In this document: positions 1 to 8,856 of the stretch, piece after piece
How positions within the stretch are numbered: position 1 is the first letter of the stretch
Layout of the letters: each line of letters starts with the position of its first letter
NCBI RefSeq assembly: GCF_000021945.1
Contig: NC_011831.1
Coordinates: forward strand, 1,313,353 to 1,377,352
Reading direction: 5' to 3'
DNA: 64,000 bases
From: Chloroflexus aggregans DSM 9485
GTDB taxonomy: Bacteria; Chloroflexota; Chloroflexia; Chloroflexales; Chloroflexaceae
Made by a program: the position numbers and the translations under genes
The notes under the pieces: generated by a model
Told to the model about the DNA's origin: nothing
Seen by the model: only the letters and a program-made list of their open reading frames with translations
Database searches by the model: none

Positions 1-176
1 GGCTCCGCTTCGGCGATGCCCTGTCCCTCGAAGCAACTGCCCAACAACTCGGTTGCACTGTCTCCGCTGTCAAAGCGCTCCAACACCGGGCGATGACCCT
101 TGCCTGCAAACTGATGCGTGAGCAGCAAGAGATCATTCCCAACCCACGGCGGACGTATACCCCGCCGATGGCGTGA
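1..176 (+). CDS. RNA polymerase sigma-70 family factor, C-terminal region-4 fragment (5' end lies outside the window)
   Basis: Frame 3 translates to ...LSLEATAQQLGCTVSAVKALQHRAMTLACKLMREQ...PPMA*, a sigma-70 region-4 HTH-like pattern. Stop at about 174-176. Confidence 0.4.
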   Translation, partial: LRFGDALSLEATAQQLGCTVSAVKALQHRAMTLACKLMREQQEIIPNPRRTYTPPMA

Positions 177-191
177 ATGGGGGAAAGAGGT

Positions 192-228
192 GTTCAAAAG
201 GGATCAGCGATGCTGATCCCTTTTGAAC
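192..228. terminator. Perfect 17-bp inverted repeat (gttcaaaagggatcagc-gat-gctgatcccttttgaac); likely bidirectional terminator between the convergent sigma and csx1 genes
   Basis: Perfect stem read directly from the sequence. It lies in the 68-bp gap between the two convergent gene ends. Confidence 0.45.
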
Positions 229-243
229 ATGGACGAACACACA

Positions 244-1482
244 CTAGGATGGAAGCCGACAGGTATTTTGCAAAGACTCATATAACCGTTTTGCGCACTC
301 TTCAACCCTTTGCGCGCCCTGCGGTTGTTTCCGCTTGCCGGCGTGCATAAGATCGTTGCGCAAATCACCAAGTTGGTTATAAAGATTAATCACTTCTTTC
401 AGTGAGGGAATGGCATTGAGATCAACAGGTATCTCTGCGCCAGTACCGCCCCTCTGAGCTTGGACAGCCTCGCCAAGCATCTGTTCGACCAGTTGACGCT
501 CTGCCTTTTCCAATATATCACTCTTACCAAGTTGTACCATGACCCACGACACCAACCACTCACGAGCCAATGCCACCGCTTGAAAAACCTGACCGCGATC
601 CAGATACCAGCCAACTAAATTCAGTTCGGTTTGCAGTATGCGTAACGGATCGACTTGTTCGGTTTTACCGAGCGCAATTGGGCGAAAATTGTCAATGATC
701 TGCTGAGCTAGCGGCATAAAGGGCACTGCCAGCGTGCCGATCTCGTGTTCGACAGCGGGCAATTGTTGCATAATCTGAGCACTTGCCTGCATTGCATCAG
801 CCGGACGCACGACGCGCAGTGCCTTTGAGACTTTCGTCAGATTCTTCGCTGTTGCTTTAATTGGTGAATTGTTCCAAGCAGCCATTTCATCCTTACTAGC
901 AGTTTTTGGATCGGGCTTGCCCCGATTATGCTGCGTATGCAGCAACGTAGCCAAATCACGCGCATCGCCGAAACGCACAAACAGGTCGGCCCCGACCATC
1001 CAGTCGAGCAATTCGACAAAATTGGTCAGATCAAGCACAGGCGTGCGATGAGGAGTGACACTCTGATCACGCATTTCAAAATTACCGAAGAATACATGTT
1101 TTAGTTGAATGGACTTGACTTTGCGCAAATAGGCAGCGGCGAGGAAGGATAAGAATGGCAGCGAGCGAAAGCCGTGAGTAATATCGAACACAACCGCTGC
1201 GTTCGGTTCAATGACGTCAACCACAGCCTGAAAGATTCGCCACAGTTCAGCATCATCGCGCCCATCAGGGATGCGAACTGCTTGAATGCTCGCAGCTTGC
1301 GCACTGGCAAAATATTGATGGTAGAATTGAGCCGTCAGTTCAGTAGTAAAAACAACGAAATCCAGATCTGGAAGGTACTGAGCCAATGCTAGCCCGAAAA
1401 AGGGCGCAACATGCTCGCAACCATCTGGAAAGACATAGCATGTTTCTTGCGGTCTAGCGCCGAGGAAGGTAATGGCTTTCAT
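244..1482 (-). CDS. csx1: Csx1-family CARF-HEPN effector (DxTHG / TM1812-MJ1666 type)
   Basis: N-terminal ITFLGARPQETCYV, FDITHGFRSLP (DxTHG) and VFFGNFEM motifs typical of Csx1 CARF domains. C-terminal RNDLMH matches the HEPN Rx4-6H motif. It is the last gene of the cas operon. Confidence 0.7.
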   Translation of the reverse strand: MKAITFLGARPQETCYVFPDGCEHVAPFFGLALAQYLPDLDFVVFTTELTAQFYHQYFASAQAASIQAVRIPDGRDDAELWRIFQAVVDVIEPNAAVVFDITHGFRSLPFLSFLAAAYLRKVKSIQLKHVFFGNFEMRDQSVTPHRTPVLDLTNFVELLDWMVGADLFVRFGDARDLATLLHTQHNRGKPDPKTASKDEMAAWNNSPIKATAKNLTKVSKALRVVRPADAMQASAQIMQQLPAVEHEIGTLAVPFMPLAQQIIDNFRPIALGKTEQVDPLRILQTELNLVGWYLDRGQVFQAVALAREWLVSWVMVQLGKSDILEKAERQLVEQMLGEAVQAQRGGTGAEIPVDLNAIPSLKEVINLYNQLGDLRNDLMHAGKRKQPQGAQRVEECAKRLYESLQNTCRLPS

Positions 1483-1490
1483 CGAACACC

Positions 1491-3587
1491 CTACTCCTTC
1501 TCCTTTGTGAGTAACGGCAAACCCTGCTCATCGCCCGGCTCTTCGAGCACGAGATTAGGACCGGCATCGGCCATTTTGTTCGATTTTACCTTATTGGCCA
1601 CAAACCACTCGAAGTTCTTTCCCTCTGGGTCTGGATGAACATCGGTGCGCGGGTAATGGATGGGAAGCGGTGGAACCGGATCGCGCAGCAAGGCGAGGAG
1701 ATCGGTAATATGCGGTAATCGGTCCAATGATTGACCGTAGCATCGCTGCATCGCCTGTGCAAACGCTGCCACCCATTCACTTCGTTTGCCAACCTCAGCT
1801 CGCCGCCACCCCGATTGCTGCAATGAACAATAGCGAGTGCTGAGTTCGAGCAGATCAACCTGATCTACCGTCAACTTAACGCTGCCAAATCCGAGCGGTT
1901 TAGCATAACCGAGCCGGAAAAAGCATTTTTCTTCGCCCAAGCTTAGCGTCCATAGCAACGCACCAAGCTCAACCGGTGCCAGGTTATGAAAATCGATTGT
2001 GAACTGAAATACGTTACCCGGCACACGTACTCCGCGCACCGTGCGATTCTGATGATCGCGACGCTGTCCGGCACGCTCATATTCGAGCCGATTCAGACTA
2101 TTTCCGTGGTGACGGTAGAACTTCCGTCCACGCAACTGATTGGGTCCATCGTAGCCAATGGTGGTTGCAGAGCCTGGTCTCTTGCGCTCCTCCTCACTCC
2201 ATTCGCCGTCTTTCTTGCGCAGGTAGAAAAGCGTGGTGGTCGGTTTGGGTGAACCCAAGACGGCCAACGGCATGGGTTCGGCATATACGCCTTTGTCATC
2301 AATCAATACTGCGTGGCTAAAGCGCACCCGTCCGGCATAGGCAACGCGATCCTTGCGATCCTCGGCTGGCGTGGCGCGTACCCATCCGAATACGCGCGAA
2401 GCAATGTCTAGCCGCTCGTACTCTTCACTCGGCTTCAGGTGCTCAGGGAGCAGATCGCCGATAGAATGGCGATAGCGCAGCCGCGCCACTTTTGCCAGGG
2501 CAATATTGCGCACGGTCTTTTGATCCGGTTCCAGTTCAACGTACACCAAATTGCCCGATGCCAGCCGATCACTCTGCCCCTGGCTGTGAAAATCGTCACG
2601 TCGTTCGTGGAGTTGGGCCTGCAACACCGCGTTAAAGTCGGCTTCGCGCTCGGCATCGAAATGGACGTGCTTGGCTTTGGCCGGAGCACCTTCTTTGAAA
2701 TAAAAGAAACGCTCATTGCGTTTTGTCTCGATAGTGCGGCCGGTTATTTTCACCCACCCCTTAACCAAGGGTTTGTTGTACTTTAGTAAGCGATTTTTAT
2801 CTTGCTCACGCGCAAGTGCTTCCACCTTCTTCACACCATTCTTGGCGGTGCTCAGAACGGCATACGCCGTTTCACCACAACGCCAATCGCCGTGCAAAAC
2901 GTTCAGGTTACGGTCTTCGTGATACGCACCGATTGTCGCCTCCTCGCAGAGGGCAATGACGCCCGGTTGATCACCGTCCGGCAAACTCAGCACGATGCCG
3001 GGTTTAAACCGTTTGGACTCAATCGGGTCGATACGATACTCGAGCCGTTCCTCGCCATTGAAGACACTGAACGGTGAATTGGTCACCGTTTCAAACAAGG
3101 CACGGATCATACCGCGCAGACTCGTAGCAGGTATAGCGTCTTGACCATCATACTGGAAAAAACGGTAGTTTTTATGCTGAACTTCGCGGTTATCGGCCAG
3201 CAGAATAGTAGTCGATTGCACATCGTGGCTATCCGCAATAAAAAGAGGGGTGACCGCTTCGAGGGTGCAGGTGATACGCCCGGTCAAACCCACATACCGG
3301 TCGTGAGGCGGTGGTGGGCAACGGCCCAGCAACTGCGCATCGGGATCGGTTTCCGGTATATCGGGTGGTGGCAAATAGCGGACGAAATTGTATGGGTTGA
3401 GGAAGCGGTAGGCTTCCCGCGCCTTGGTTGACTCTTTGGCACGTGGCCACGGCACCGTCGGTGGCGATGGTTGAACCACCTGCACCGGTGTCTGATGACG
3501 ATCCCGCTTTTCGGGGCGATTGGCCTTGCCTCCGCTTTGATGCATCTGTCCACGCTTTGGTGTCTGTTTGTTTCTGTGCTTCGCCAT
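1491..3587 (-). CDS. Large RAMP-superfamily protein (Cas7/Cas5 group), paralog A, 698 aa
   Basis: Has a YRFLNPYNFVR N-terminal motif, LTGRITCTLEAVTPLFIADS (beta1-like) and a glycine-rich loop IPATSLRGMIRALFE. A C-terminal G-rich segment YAKPLGFGSVKL is present. It shares a clearly paralogous motif set with ORF 4380..6476. Confidence 0.55.
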   Translation of the reverse strand: MAKHRNKQTPKRGQMHQSGGKANRPEKRDRHQTPVQVVQPSPPTVPWPRAKESTKAREAYRFLNPYNFVRYLPPPDIPETDPDAQLLGRCPPPPHDRYVGLTGRITCTLEAVTPLFIADSHDVQSTTILLADNREVQHKNYRFFQYDGQDAIPATSLRGMIRALFETVTNSPFSVFNGEERLEYRIDPIESKRFKPGIVLSLPDGDQPGVIALCEEATIGAYHEDRNLNVLHGDWRCGETAYAVLSTAKNGVKKVEALAREQDKNRLLKYNKPLVKGWVKITGRTIETKRNERFFYFKEGAPAKAKHVHFDAEREADFNAVLQAQLHERRDDFHSQGQSDRLASGNLVYVELEPDQKTVRNIALAKVARLRYRHSIGDLLPEHLKPSEEYERLDIASRVFGWVRATPAEDRKDRVAYAGRVRFSHAVLIDDKGVYAEPMPLAVLGSPKPTTTLFYLRKKDGEWSEEERKRPGSATTIGYDGPNQLRGRKFYRHHGNSLNRLEYERAGQRRDHQNRTVRGVRVPGNVFQFTIDFHNLAPVELGALLWTLSLGEEKCFFRLGYAKPLGFGSVKLTVDQVDLLELSTRYCSLQQSGWRRAEVGKRSEWVAAFAQAMQRCYGQSLDRLPHITDLLALLRDPVPPLPIHYPRTDVHPDPEGKNFEWFVANKVKSNKMADAGPNLVLEEPGDEQGLPLLTKEKE

Positions 3588-3700
3588 CGCGACCTCATTG
3601 GATATGTGCTACGACAGGTCGTGCTTTCAGATCGTTAATCATCAGTTGAAAGATTTGGTGACACGCATCGAGAATATCCTTCGCGGTGCTCATATCCCAT

Positions 3701-3925
3701 TCATTCTCTGCCGGGATACATGGCAATATTTCGCCTTCTCTGTAATTCTTCCAACAACTGCATCAGCTCAGATGGACAGTTCAAAATCGGGATACGGAGC
3801 ACTTCTAACAAGGCGCCCCAATTCCTTCTTTGGGCCTGTTGATGAGTGACTTTAGAATAGTAGGTTCGTAATACCTCTTCAGTAGCGCGGAGCATAAACA
3901 TATGAATAACACTTTGCAGCTTCAT
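3701..3925 (-). CDS. Small hypothetical protein (74 aa) in an AT-rich insert between the RAMP paralogs
   Basis: ORF in the same frame as 3935..4330, separated from it only by a TAA and 3 codons. Local AT-rich composition differs from the flanking cas genes. Confidence 0.3.
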   Translation of the reverse strand: MKLQSVIHMFMLRATEEVLRTYYSKVTHQQAQRRNWGALLEVLRIPILNCPSELMQLLEELQRRRNIAMYPGRE

Positions 3926-3934
3926 AAACGTCGG

Positions 3935-4330
3935 TTAACTCCAGCATCTCCGTATCGACATCAAAAAACATATTGGATCACGGAGCAGATCGATGATCTG
4001 ATCCGTGCAATCCCGCAACGTTACGAACACTCTCCGCCTGTACCCCTCTTCAGACAAAACGTTACGCACATTTCTAGCGATCTGTCGTATCTTTCTGGCA
4101 TCCCTACCTAAAACATCGGAATGATGATCCTTCTCTATGCAATTCAACACCTCGTCTAAGTCAGCACTCAAAACACGCGCAGCTTGAGATAATTCGAGTT
4201 TCTCCAGGTCTTGACGGAGCATTCTTTGTCGATCAACAATGCCAGGTCGATTGGTACGAGAGGGGTAAATCGGTGTTCGGGCAGTGACATTACCCAGAAA
4301 CTCCAGGTTCAAACCAATATACATGAACAT
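3935..4330 (-). CDS. Small hypothetical protein (131 aa), predicted helical; possible Cas11-like small subunit or unrelated accessory
   Basis: Its size and position between RAMP genes resemble Cas11 (Csm2/Cmr5). No diagnostic motif was recognised, and it lies in AT-rich inserted DNA. Confidence 0.3.
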   Translation of the reverse strand: MFMYIGLNLEFLGNVTARTPIYPSRTNRPGIVDRQRMLRQDLEKLELSQAARVLSADLDEVLNCIEKDHHSDVLGRDARKIRQIARNVRNVLSEEGYRRRVFVTLRDCTDQIIDLLRDPICFLMSIRRCWS

Positions 4331-4379
4331 GACCTCCCACAGCGACAGCTCATTGGTTTTCTCTATGGAACTGCCTCAC

Positions 4380-6476
4380 TCACGGGATTATATTGCCATT
4401 TTTATCAATCAGGGGTAAACCCGCCACATCATCCTCCGCCAGTGGCAATGCGATACGCGGTCCGGGATTGTTACCGCCCCGCTTGTTGCCGACAAACCAT
4501 TCGTACTGTTTGCCATCCGGCTGCGGTTGGCGGGTCGGACGCGGATAGTGGACCGGCAGGGGAGGTGTGTCAGCCAGTAATGCCTTGAGGTCGCAGATGT
4601 TTGCCAACATCTCGAAGGCGGCGCCGAAGCGTAACTTCATTGCCTGCTTGAATTCCTTGATCCATGCATCGATTTTTTGCTGATCCTGATCGTGCCAGCC
4701 GCTACTCGTGAACGAGGCGTATCGCGCTTCAGGGTGCAGCAAGGAAATCTTCACGATGTCAATTTTCGCCGAGCCAAAACCCAGCGGTTTGGCGTAGCCG
4801 ATGCGGTGATGCCATCCTTCGATCTGCAAACTCCAGAGCAGTGCGCCAAGCTCCAGCGGCGCCAGGTTCTCGAAATCCACAGTGAACTCAAAGATGCTGC
4901 CCGCCTGCTGAACGCCACGCACCGTGCGGTTCTGATCGCTCTTCACACCGTTAACACTCCGGTATTCCTGCGGATTGAGCCGCGCGCCATGATGCCGATA
5001 GATCTTGCGCCCGCGCAGGATCTGATTCTGGTTGTTGTAATCTACTTGTCTATCGTCTTGTCCATTTTGTGGTTTGCCGGTGCGTGGACGCAAATAGAAG
5101 CGATAGGTGGTCGGCTTGGGTGTAGACAAAATAGCCAGAGTTTCATCAAACGTTCCGCCATCTTTGGTCAATACGGCATGGCTGAAGCTAACGCGCCCGG
5201 CATACGCCGTTCGTACTGACAGTTCTGGAGGATTAACGGCAGTTTCGTCACCCCACACCCACCCAAACACCCGACACGCAGGGCAGAGCGCATCGTAAGT
5301 CGCGCATTTCTTCAGGTCAGACGGGTACAGCAGATCGCCGATGGTGCGCTCGAAGCCGACACGCGGCACCGAGACGGGCACAATGAATCGCACCTTGTAT
5401 CCACTGTTGCCAACTTTGTCGAGCATGGCATAGACCAGATCACCATCTGTTAGTTTTTGGCGGCCTTCGACAATAAAACGGCTGAAGGCCGGCTCTGTGC
5501 CCTGCGGACGATTTGGATCCCGCCGTTTGCGCACCTCATCGCGGTGACGCTCTTGATAGTCGGCGATCAGTTCTTCGTACTTCTGCCGCACCGTGTCAGG
5601 CAAATCAAGCGGAGAGAGCTTCTGATTGGTGAAGAACAGTCGCTCATCGTGTTTATTCTCAATGTTCTGATTGGTAATACAGAGATACCCGCTCACCTTT
5701 AGCTGATTAGCACCGGGCTCCGGCAGTGATTGAGCCGATTTTGCCAGATGCACCACATTCCAGAACTTGAAATTGCGGCGCGGATGGATCATACGCTCGA
5801 TAATCGCGTGACACAACTCACCATGCGCAAAGCCGGTCAGCGAGAGTTTTTGACGCTGGGCGTAAGGTTTACTGAGCGACTGAGCGACCGTTTTGCTCTT
5901 CTGCAACGGATCGTACACATGCACCCATGCAGCGTACTGCGGACCGGCAGGTCGTTGGCCGGGTGTGATCGTTGTTGTTCCGGGTAACAACTCCAATTCC
6001 CACCGCGTGTTGATTTTGCGCACCCGCGCTGGAACCAGTTGCAGCGCCAGCTCTGGCAACAGGTGATAACTTAATCGCTTATCGCCGGCAAAGTGGGCAA
6101 AGCAGGAATTGGTCGCTGCTTCAAAGATGGCGCGGATTGCACCGCGCAGACTCGTACCGGGAATAGCGACCTTGTTCTCCGGATCGCGAAAGAAGCGATA
6201 GTGACGATGTATCTTGCCGTTGACGTGCTCTTCGCGCACGTTCTCACCATCCGCGACAAAGATCGGGGTGGTAGCGGTGAGCCGGCAATAGATGCGTCCG
6301 GTCAACCCTACATACCGATCATGGGGCGGCGGTGCGCAACGGCCCAGCAATCGAGCAATGTGCGCATTGCGCGTTTCCAGCGTGCGCACGAAGTTGTATG
6401 GGTTGAGAAAGCGGTATCCTTGTGCAGATGAGGTACCGCTCGATATAGACCGGCGTTGGGTTTTAGATTTGCTCAT
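4380..6476 (-). CDS. Large RAMP-superfamily protein, paralog B, 698 aa
   Basis: Has YRFLNPYNFVR, LGRCAPPPHDRYVGLTGRIYC, the G-rich loop IPGTSLRGAIRAIFEA and a C-terminal YAKPLGFGSAKI. It is the same length as paralog A, and its start overlaps the upstream gene's stop (ATGA). Confidence 0.55.
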   Translation of the reverse strand: MSKSKTQRRSISSGTSSAQGYRFLNPYNFVRTLETRNAHIARLLGRCAPPPHDRYVGLTGRIYCRLTATTPIFVADGENVREEHVNGKIHRHYRFFRDPENKVAIPGTSLRGAIRAIFEAATNSCFAHFAGDKRLSYHLLPELALQLVPARVRKINTRWELELLPGTTTITPGQRPAGPQYAAWVHVYDPLQKSKTVAQSLSKPYAQRQKLSLTGFAHGELCHAIIERMIHPRRNFKFWNVVHLAKSAQSLPEPGANQLKVSGYLCITNQNIENKHDERLFFTNQKLSPLDLPDTVRQKYEELIADYQERHRDEVRKRRDPNRPQGTEPAFSRFIVEGRQKLTDGDLVYAMLDKVGNSGYKVRFIVPVSVPRVGFERTIGDLLYPSDLKKCATYDALCPACRVFGWVWGDETAVNPPELSVRTAYAGRVSFSHAVLTKDGGTFDETLAILSTPKPTTYRFYLRPRTGKPQNGQDDRQVDYNNQNQILRGRKIYRHHGARLNPQEYRSVNGVKSDQNRTVRGVQQAGSIFEFTVDFENLAPLELGALLWSLQIEGWHHRIGYAKPLGFGSAKIDIVKISLLHPEARYASFTSSGWHDQDQQKIDAWIKEFKQAMKLRFGAAFEMLANICDLKALLADTPPLPVHYPRPTRQPQPDGKQYEWFVGNKRGGNNPGPRIALPLAEDDVAGLPLIDKNGNIIP

Positions 6477-7063
6477 TGTGTCTCCACCTTATCTGGCCTG
6501 TCACTTAATGCCCGATACCAGACAAACGCCGTGCGCCCCTGTTCGGTGTAGCGCCAGAAATGCAAGTAGACGCGACCAGTTGCATTCAGAGGATACGCCA
6601 GGATAGCTGCTGCAACCCGGTCTTCGAACCAGCGCGGCTGATGATCTTTACGCTCGCCCCATAGCATGACCGACTCCGCGTAGCGGCGAAGCTGACAGTC
6701 AGGATGTTCCTTCCAGAAGTCCCTGGCACCGAAACTCGTGAACGACACTGATGTGCCAATGTAATGCCACAACCAGCGGTTGCCATCGCGTCGCAGCGAA
6801 AGATGACCAAGCTCACCGAAGATCTCGGCACGCTCGAGGAACTCTGGCTGCGTCGGCAGATCGGCAAACTCGATATGGCTGACGTGCTCCCAGATGCGGT
6901 AGGGCATCGCCTGCCAATGCCCTTGCCACGCAGTGAGGAAGGCTTGCAGTTGATCAGGCATACACTCGCCACCCAAAATGGCTGGGCGATCTGAGTTGCT
7001 CAGATTCGCCTTCTGCATCTTTTCGTACAGTTGGGTAAAAAAGTCGTTGCTTTCGTCGCTCAT
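6473..7063 (-). CDS. Hypothetical Trp-rich protein (196 aa) embedded in the cas operon
   Basis: It has 4-nt overlaps with both neighbours, which implies translational coupling. No recognisable motif was found. Confidence 0.4.
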   Translation of the reverse strand: MSDESNDFFTQLYEKMQKANLSNSDRPAILGGECMPDQLQAFLTAWQGHWQAMPYRIWEHVSHIEFADLPTQPEFLERAEIFGELGHLSLRRDGNRWLWHYIGTSVSFTSFGARDFWKEHPDCQLRRYAESVMLWGERKDHQPRWFEDRVAAAILAYPLNATGRVYLHFWRYTEQGRTAFVWYRALSDRPDKVETQ

Positions 7064-8853
7064 GACACCCTCGCCGGATAGAGATCAGGCAACCATGTGC
7101 CGTTGATTTTATCGAAGTAGCTGTCTTTCTTCAAACCGAAGGCATGTTTATATTCCTTGACCGTCACATTGAACGCTCTGATCCAGCTCTCTACCAGTGT
7201 CCTCCAATCGTTCTCTGTTGCCGGATCAAGCATCAACGTGCGATAGACGCCGCTCATCCCGCCTTTCGATTGCAAAAGTTGCTGTTTAGCGGTAATCGCC
7301 TGCTGCGCGGCCGGCTCCTGGTTATTCGGCTCAGACAGCGGAAAATCGCTTTCGTGAATAATACCGAGAGTCACAGCACCGTCTTCGATCCTGCACTGAC
7401 CAAAACCTTTGGCAGCGCCGAAGCCAATAGTGATCAACCCATCGTGCAGATCGCGCAACACCAGCGCCAGCCAACCCAATTCCCACGGCTCTGGATTCTC
7501 AAGGAAGAGCCGCACCCGAAACTTCGGCTGCCACAGCACCACCGCGTCGAACTTGGCCGTATCGCGTCCGCCGCCGGTAAAGCGGTCGATAGCCAGAAAA
7601 TCGAGCACCTTGAGAGTGACCTTGTCGCCGACAAATGGTGCATCTTCGACGCGCAACCGACTGCCGTTCCACGGGCTGCCGAAGAGCCGGCAGGCGAGAC
7701 AGAGTTTCTCCTCTGCCCCTTTTTGCTCCAACGTATCTCGTTCAACCTTTGGTCGAGCCTTGATAAAGCTGTTACAACTTGCAACCGGGTCATCGGTCTT
7801 GGTCGTCAGCGGATTACAGGCGGGGCATGTCGCTAAGAATGACGTTTTGCGACTCTTCATATCCTTACCGTTATCCCACGCGCTGAAGGTTGCCAGAGTA
7901 CGGGCGATCCGCTCGGCCTGACTCCGCAAGGCGCCGCGCAGGCTCGAACCGGGCAACACCGGCTTAGCCCCTTGCTCATAAGCCGCGAACACCGGCGCAT
8001 GATCAAACCCGCTCCGACCGGCTTGAGCCACATCGTTGGTCAGAAAGGGACCGGTTGCGGCCAGTGTAAATTCGGCCAAAACCCATGAACGGGCAACCGG
8101 ATCATTACCTTGGTACGGTTCTACCCACGCCCGCACCTGCTGGACCTGATTGGTCAGCCATGTGCGGTCGCCGTCAGTAGTGTGCCAAGGCGGCCCGCGG
8201 TGTAAAAACTCGATCAGCACCCCTGCCTGATTCAGATCGCGCTCGATCCACTGCACCTCGTTGAGGGTAAACGCACCCAACCCCCGATTGACCCGACCAC
8301 CGATTGCGCCTCGTCCCTGTTCCCATTCGGCCAACGTCGCCGCCAATAAGGGCAGCAGTTTCGGCACATCAGGCAGTTTGGGATCGATCTCAAGCCTCAG
8401 AGTAAATACCGTCCCTGCCGGCAACACTTCGTAATCGAACTTAATCCGTTCGCGGCGCGCAGCCGCACCGGTCACCCGATCAATCCCAACGCCATCGCGG
8501 ATGGTCAGCGATGGGATCGTATCGAGCACGGCATCGTAGACCAGCACCCGGGTAGCAGTGGCGGTATCACTATCTTCCCTTGGATTCACATCGCCGAAGA
8601 GTTGACAGACGAGGCATTGACAGGCGTCGTTTGACGATTGGTTGTCAATCACTTGACACGGACTTTCCCCAAAGCGAGGCGCGAGCCGCGTGGCAATGCT
8701 GCGCAGCACACCGGCGATAGCGGTACCCGGTATGAGCAGCCGCCCCCGCACGTCACGGCGCAAGAGATCGTCGGTCGTTTCCGTATCGCTGCCCGTGCCC
8801 ACGTGAAGCGCTGTACGCAGCGTTAGATTGGCAGTGATGGCACGAAACTTCAT
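7060..8853 (-). CDS. Fusion of two Csm3/Cmr4-like Cas7 domains (Cas7-Cas7), 597 aa
   Basis: Domain 1 has LHVGTGSD, LLIPGTAIAGVLRS, a CQCLVCQLFG zinc knuckle, GIDRVTGAA and GGRVNRGLGAF. Domain 2 has LPGSSLRGALRS, CPACNP...CLACRLFGSPW, AIDRFTGGGRD and IGFGAAKGFG. Both look like complete Cas7 units. Confidence 0.7.
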   Translation of the reverse strand: MKFRAITANLTLRTALHVGTGSDTETTDDLLRRDVRGRLLIPGTAIAGVLRSIATRLAPRFGESPCQVIDNQSSNDACQCLVCQLFGDVNPREDSDTATATRVLVYDAVLDTIPSLTIRDGVGIDRVTGAAARRERIKFDYEVLPAGTVFTLRLEIDPKLPDVPKLLPLLAATLAEWEQGRGAIGGRVNRGLGAFTLNEVQWIERDLNQAGVLIEFLHRGPPWHTTDGDRTWLTNQVQQVRAWVEPYQGNDPVARSWVLAEFTLAATGPFLTNDVAQAGRSGFDHAPVFAAYEQGAKPVLPGSSLRGALRSQAERIARTLATFSAWDNGKDMKSRKTSFLATCPACNPLTTKTDDPVASCNSFIKARPKVERDTLEQKGAEEKLCLACRLFGSPWNGSRLRVEDAPFVGDKVTLKVLDFLAIDRFTGGGRDTAKFDAVVLWQPKFRVRLFLENPEPWELGWLALVLRDLHDGLITIGFGAAKGFGQCRIEDGAVTLGIIHESDFPLSEPNNQEPAAQQAITAKQQLLQSKGGMSGVYRTLMLDPATENDWRTLVESWIRAFNVTVKEYKHAFGLKKDSYFDKINGTWLPDLYPARVS

Positions 8854-8856
8854 CGG

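Noticed and set aside
3701-4330. Treating 3701..3925 and 3935..4330 as a single pseudogene interrupted by TAA
   Set aside because: The two are in-frame with only TAA plus 3 codons between them, but the downstream piece has its own ATG. I cannot tell from sequence alone whether this is one interrupted gene or two, so both are listed separately at low confidence.
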